From Azolla caroliniana (taxonomy: Eukaryota > Plantae > Polypodiophyta): DNA of 64,000 nucleotides. Shown in pieces: positions 61,401 to 64,000 of this stretch (positions within the stretch are counted from its first letter, which is position 1; each line of letters begins with the position of its first letter). Location of the stretch: the NCBI GenBank assembly GCA_043228905.1, contig JBHGNT010000003.1:15686001-15750000 (forward strand). Direction: 5' to 3'. The translations under genes and the position numbers were made by a program. The notes under the pieces were generated by a model. The model was given only the letters and a program-made list of their open reading frames with translations, did no database searches and had not been told where the DNA came from.

Positions 61401-62815
61401 ACGCCGACGGTTTTGTCAACCGCTACAAAGCGCAACTTGTAGCGAAAGGCTACGCACAAACGCACGGAGTTGACTACGAAGAGACCTTTGCCCCGGTGGC
61501 AAAGATGATGATGGTACGGACCATAATTGCGCTTTCCGCGGTGAAAGGGTGGCACCTCCATCAAATGGAAGTCAAGAACGCCTTTCTACATGGCGAATTA
61601 GAAGAGGAGGTGTACATGATACAACCACCCGGCTTCAACTCGAGCACCCATCCGAAAGATGTATGCCGACTCAAGAAGCCACTCTATGGTCTCAAGCAAG
61701 CACAGTGTGCTTGGCATTCGAAGATAACGCAATATCTTCATCAAATCGGCTTTCGTATGTCAAAATCGGACAACTCCCTCTACATACGAAGCGATTCCGC
61801 AAGTCCGATTGTCATCATCCTATATGTGGATGACCTAGTCATTGGAGGTGAGCATCTCGTCGAAATCAATAAGGTCAAATCCCTCCTTTCCAACAAGTTC
61901 GAGATGACGGACATGAAGGAGCTCCACTACTTCCTCGGCATCGAGGTAATTCGGACTCTAGCCGGAATCATGATCTCTCAACGGCACTACATCCTCAACT
62001 TGTTATACAAGTTCGGTATGGCTGAGTGCAAATACGCGGCAACCCCGCTTGATCGCAATCTCAAACTAGATGCAAACTCCGGCACCAAAGCGTGTGAGGC
62101 GACTCAGTATCGGCAACTCATCGGGAGTCTCATCTACCCCACGATCACTCGGCCCGATCTCAGTTATCCGGTCGGTCTCCTTAGCCAATTCATGCAAACA
62201 CCGCATGATACTCACTTGGATTGCGCTAAGTGAGTTCTACGAAACGTGAGTGGCACAATGGATTGCGGCATCCTCTACAAGACCATGATGCCAATACGAC
62301 TTGAGGGGTACACAGACGCCGATTGGGCCGGCTACAAAGCCGATAGAAGATCAACCTCCGGATTTGTTTTTTCCCTTTTCCCTCGGCAGCGGAGCAATAT
62401 CCTGGAGCAACAAAAAGCAACCAACCGTCGCTCTTTCGAGCACAAAGGTGGAATACAGGGGCGCGCCAGTGGCCGCATGTGAAGCCGTATGGCTCAAAAG
62501 GATACTCAAGGATCTGGGTGTACCCATCAAGGATCTGACTTCCCTTTACTGCGACAACATGAGTTGTATCTATCTGGCTCGGAACCCGGTGTTCCACGCG
62601 TGGACAAAGCACATCGAAGTGCATTATCACTTCATTGCGAGCGCGTTCTAGTTGGCAATGTCGACCTACAACACATTAGCACCAATCTTCAAACAGCCGA
62701 CATCTTCACTAAAGCCTTAGGAGCCGACAAGCTATGGCAATTCATGACCGATCTCGGATTGACGATCCTTGACCTGCCAAGCTTGAGGGGGAGTATTGAA
62801 GACACTACGCAATAA
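58490..62815 (+). pseudogene. Copia F gag-pol, nearly intact (TGA stops at 60332 and 62231, frameshifts in RNase H)
   Basis: 614-aa and 619-aa ORFs in one frame; WFIDSGAS, VHSDVWGP, ILYVDDL, TKHIEVHYHF. Confidence 0.92.
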
Positions 62816-63363
62816 CGCGTGGATTACACAACCATGCAACAAAGCCGCGAAGAGCCGATCTACCGCGCAAAGCCACGAAGAAAGACGCAAGCCGAAGCAC
62901 AGACTTCGCAACTACGCACAACGCAAGCTGGGGCACGGATTCTGCAACTCTGTATAAATGCGAGTCGACGCGAGTTGACGCGGACTCCAGAACGCAAGTC
63001 GAAGCGGATTTTGGATACCGTCTGAAACCCTAAACCCGACTTGAGCTTGAGGGGGCGTGTTGAGAATCAAGCTCAACTTGGTCTAGTGTGTGAACTTACC
63101 TTGAGAGTGAATAGACACTCTAACGGTCAAGAGTCATCATTATGTCACCACTTTGTATTCTAGCATTTAGTATGAGTCATAGAATCATATTCTATGACAC
63201 ATAACTTATGAGCTTTCACATTCCCCATGCTCCATGAGTTTTGTGGTTAATGAAGAGAGAGGGTGACTATATAAAGCACCCTCCTCCCACCTTGTATAAT
63301 GTCGAGTCTTTCTCCTTTGTTAATATACTTTTACCTTGCGTATTCTCTGGTCTTACTCCTTGT

Positions 63364-63405
<42 letters not shown>

Positions 63406-63581
63406 CACACACACAGTTCATATCTATCCCGCTGCACAGAATCCATCTCTTGATTCTTTACAGACGTGTACAAAAGACGGATCGGATTAACGAGAAATCC
63501 CATGCCAGAGTGAAGGGGGAGTTTGTTGAGAATTCGGTCCCTCCGAATGGGATCTGGTTGAGAACCAGAGGAGCCGGATCG

Positions 63582-64000
63582 TGTCGGGAACCCAACGTTC
63601 CTTATGCGCAAGGCTCAGCCACAACCGAGCTTAGAATGATACACAGAAAACGGGAAATAAACGAGACACAAAGAAGAGAAATGGTACACAGGAGGTTTAC
63701 GTGGAAAACCCCAAACTAGGGGAAAAACCACGGCAGCCCACAGGCTGCAAACTGTCACTATGTATGAATGCACACAAAAAAACAGTGAGTTCACGGAGGC
63801 AACAACCTCGGACTCACGCTCTTCGCCACAGGCGGCGGTTACAACAAAGACAGCGACCTCTTTCTCTCTCTGTACAACGTTACGCACACCACTCTCGTGC
63901 AAAACAGAAAATGACAACTACTCAAAGTTTGCCCTAAGTCATATTTATACTAATATGACTTTTCGGCTATTTACAAATATAGCCTCGATGGGCTCTCAGA
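63582..64000 (-). repeat. Inverted C-family-like LTR inserted in the C1 3' LTR; runs off the window
   Basis: Reverse complement carries gtataaatatgacttagggc, gtggtttttccc, ctcggttgtggc and ends ...TTCCCGACA. Confidence 0.8.

Larger units (their letters stand above)
57316..63462 (+). mobile_element. Ty1/copia element F nested in C1; LTRs 57316-57719 and 63058-63462; TSD GACGT
   Basis: Perfect TSD at 57311-57315 and 63463-63467; PBS TGGTATCAGAGC 57720-57731; PPT gaggggg ~63049. Confidence 0.95.
35480..63581 (+). mobile_element. Ty1/copia element C1 (Tnt1/Tork-like), decayed: 5' LTR 35480-36027, PBS 36031, coding 36054-39926, 57147-57315 and 63468-63513, 3' LTR from 63524
   Basis: PBS TGGTATCAGAG (tRNA-iMet); CFYCGKAG, LWHKRL, YKARIVVK, LLLYVDDML. 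RNase H rejoins across two nested insertions; PPT gaagggggag at 63512-63521. Confidence 0.88.

Overview
Eukaryotic, land-plant-type DNA (inference: a non-seed plant, judged from the retroelement families), about 90% LTR retrotransposon. One host gene, a two-exon TLDc-domain protein (21806-23139), sits in a ~6 kb AT-rich island between two nests. Left nest (1-20175): a minus-strand Ty3/gypsy element with a fungal-like protease/RT is split by an 8.5 kb gypsy insertion (TSD GTCGT) whose two termini are unrelated LTRs and which carries a ~690-codon extra ORF. Next comes a decayed copia, split by a full-length relative of the fungal-like gypsy and carrying a solo LTR in its 3' LTR. Right nest (26105-64000): a Russian-doll stack resolved by TSDs. 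Gypsy A2 contains copia B (with a LINE fragment) and copia C1. C1 contains copia C2 and copia F. C2 contains an RT-deleted copia D and an intact, apparently very young Tat-like gypsy E with an extra archaeal-type RNase H. The most unusual signals are non-coding: tRNA-like Pol III A/B-box modules arranged divergently around the TATA box in the gypsy LTRs at 11501-12381 and 17790-18658; a conserved, covarying stem-loop enclosing the PPT/U3 junction in five copia copies; and a palindrome enclosing the TATA box of C-family LTRs. All calls come from reading by eye; no database search or alignment was run.
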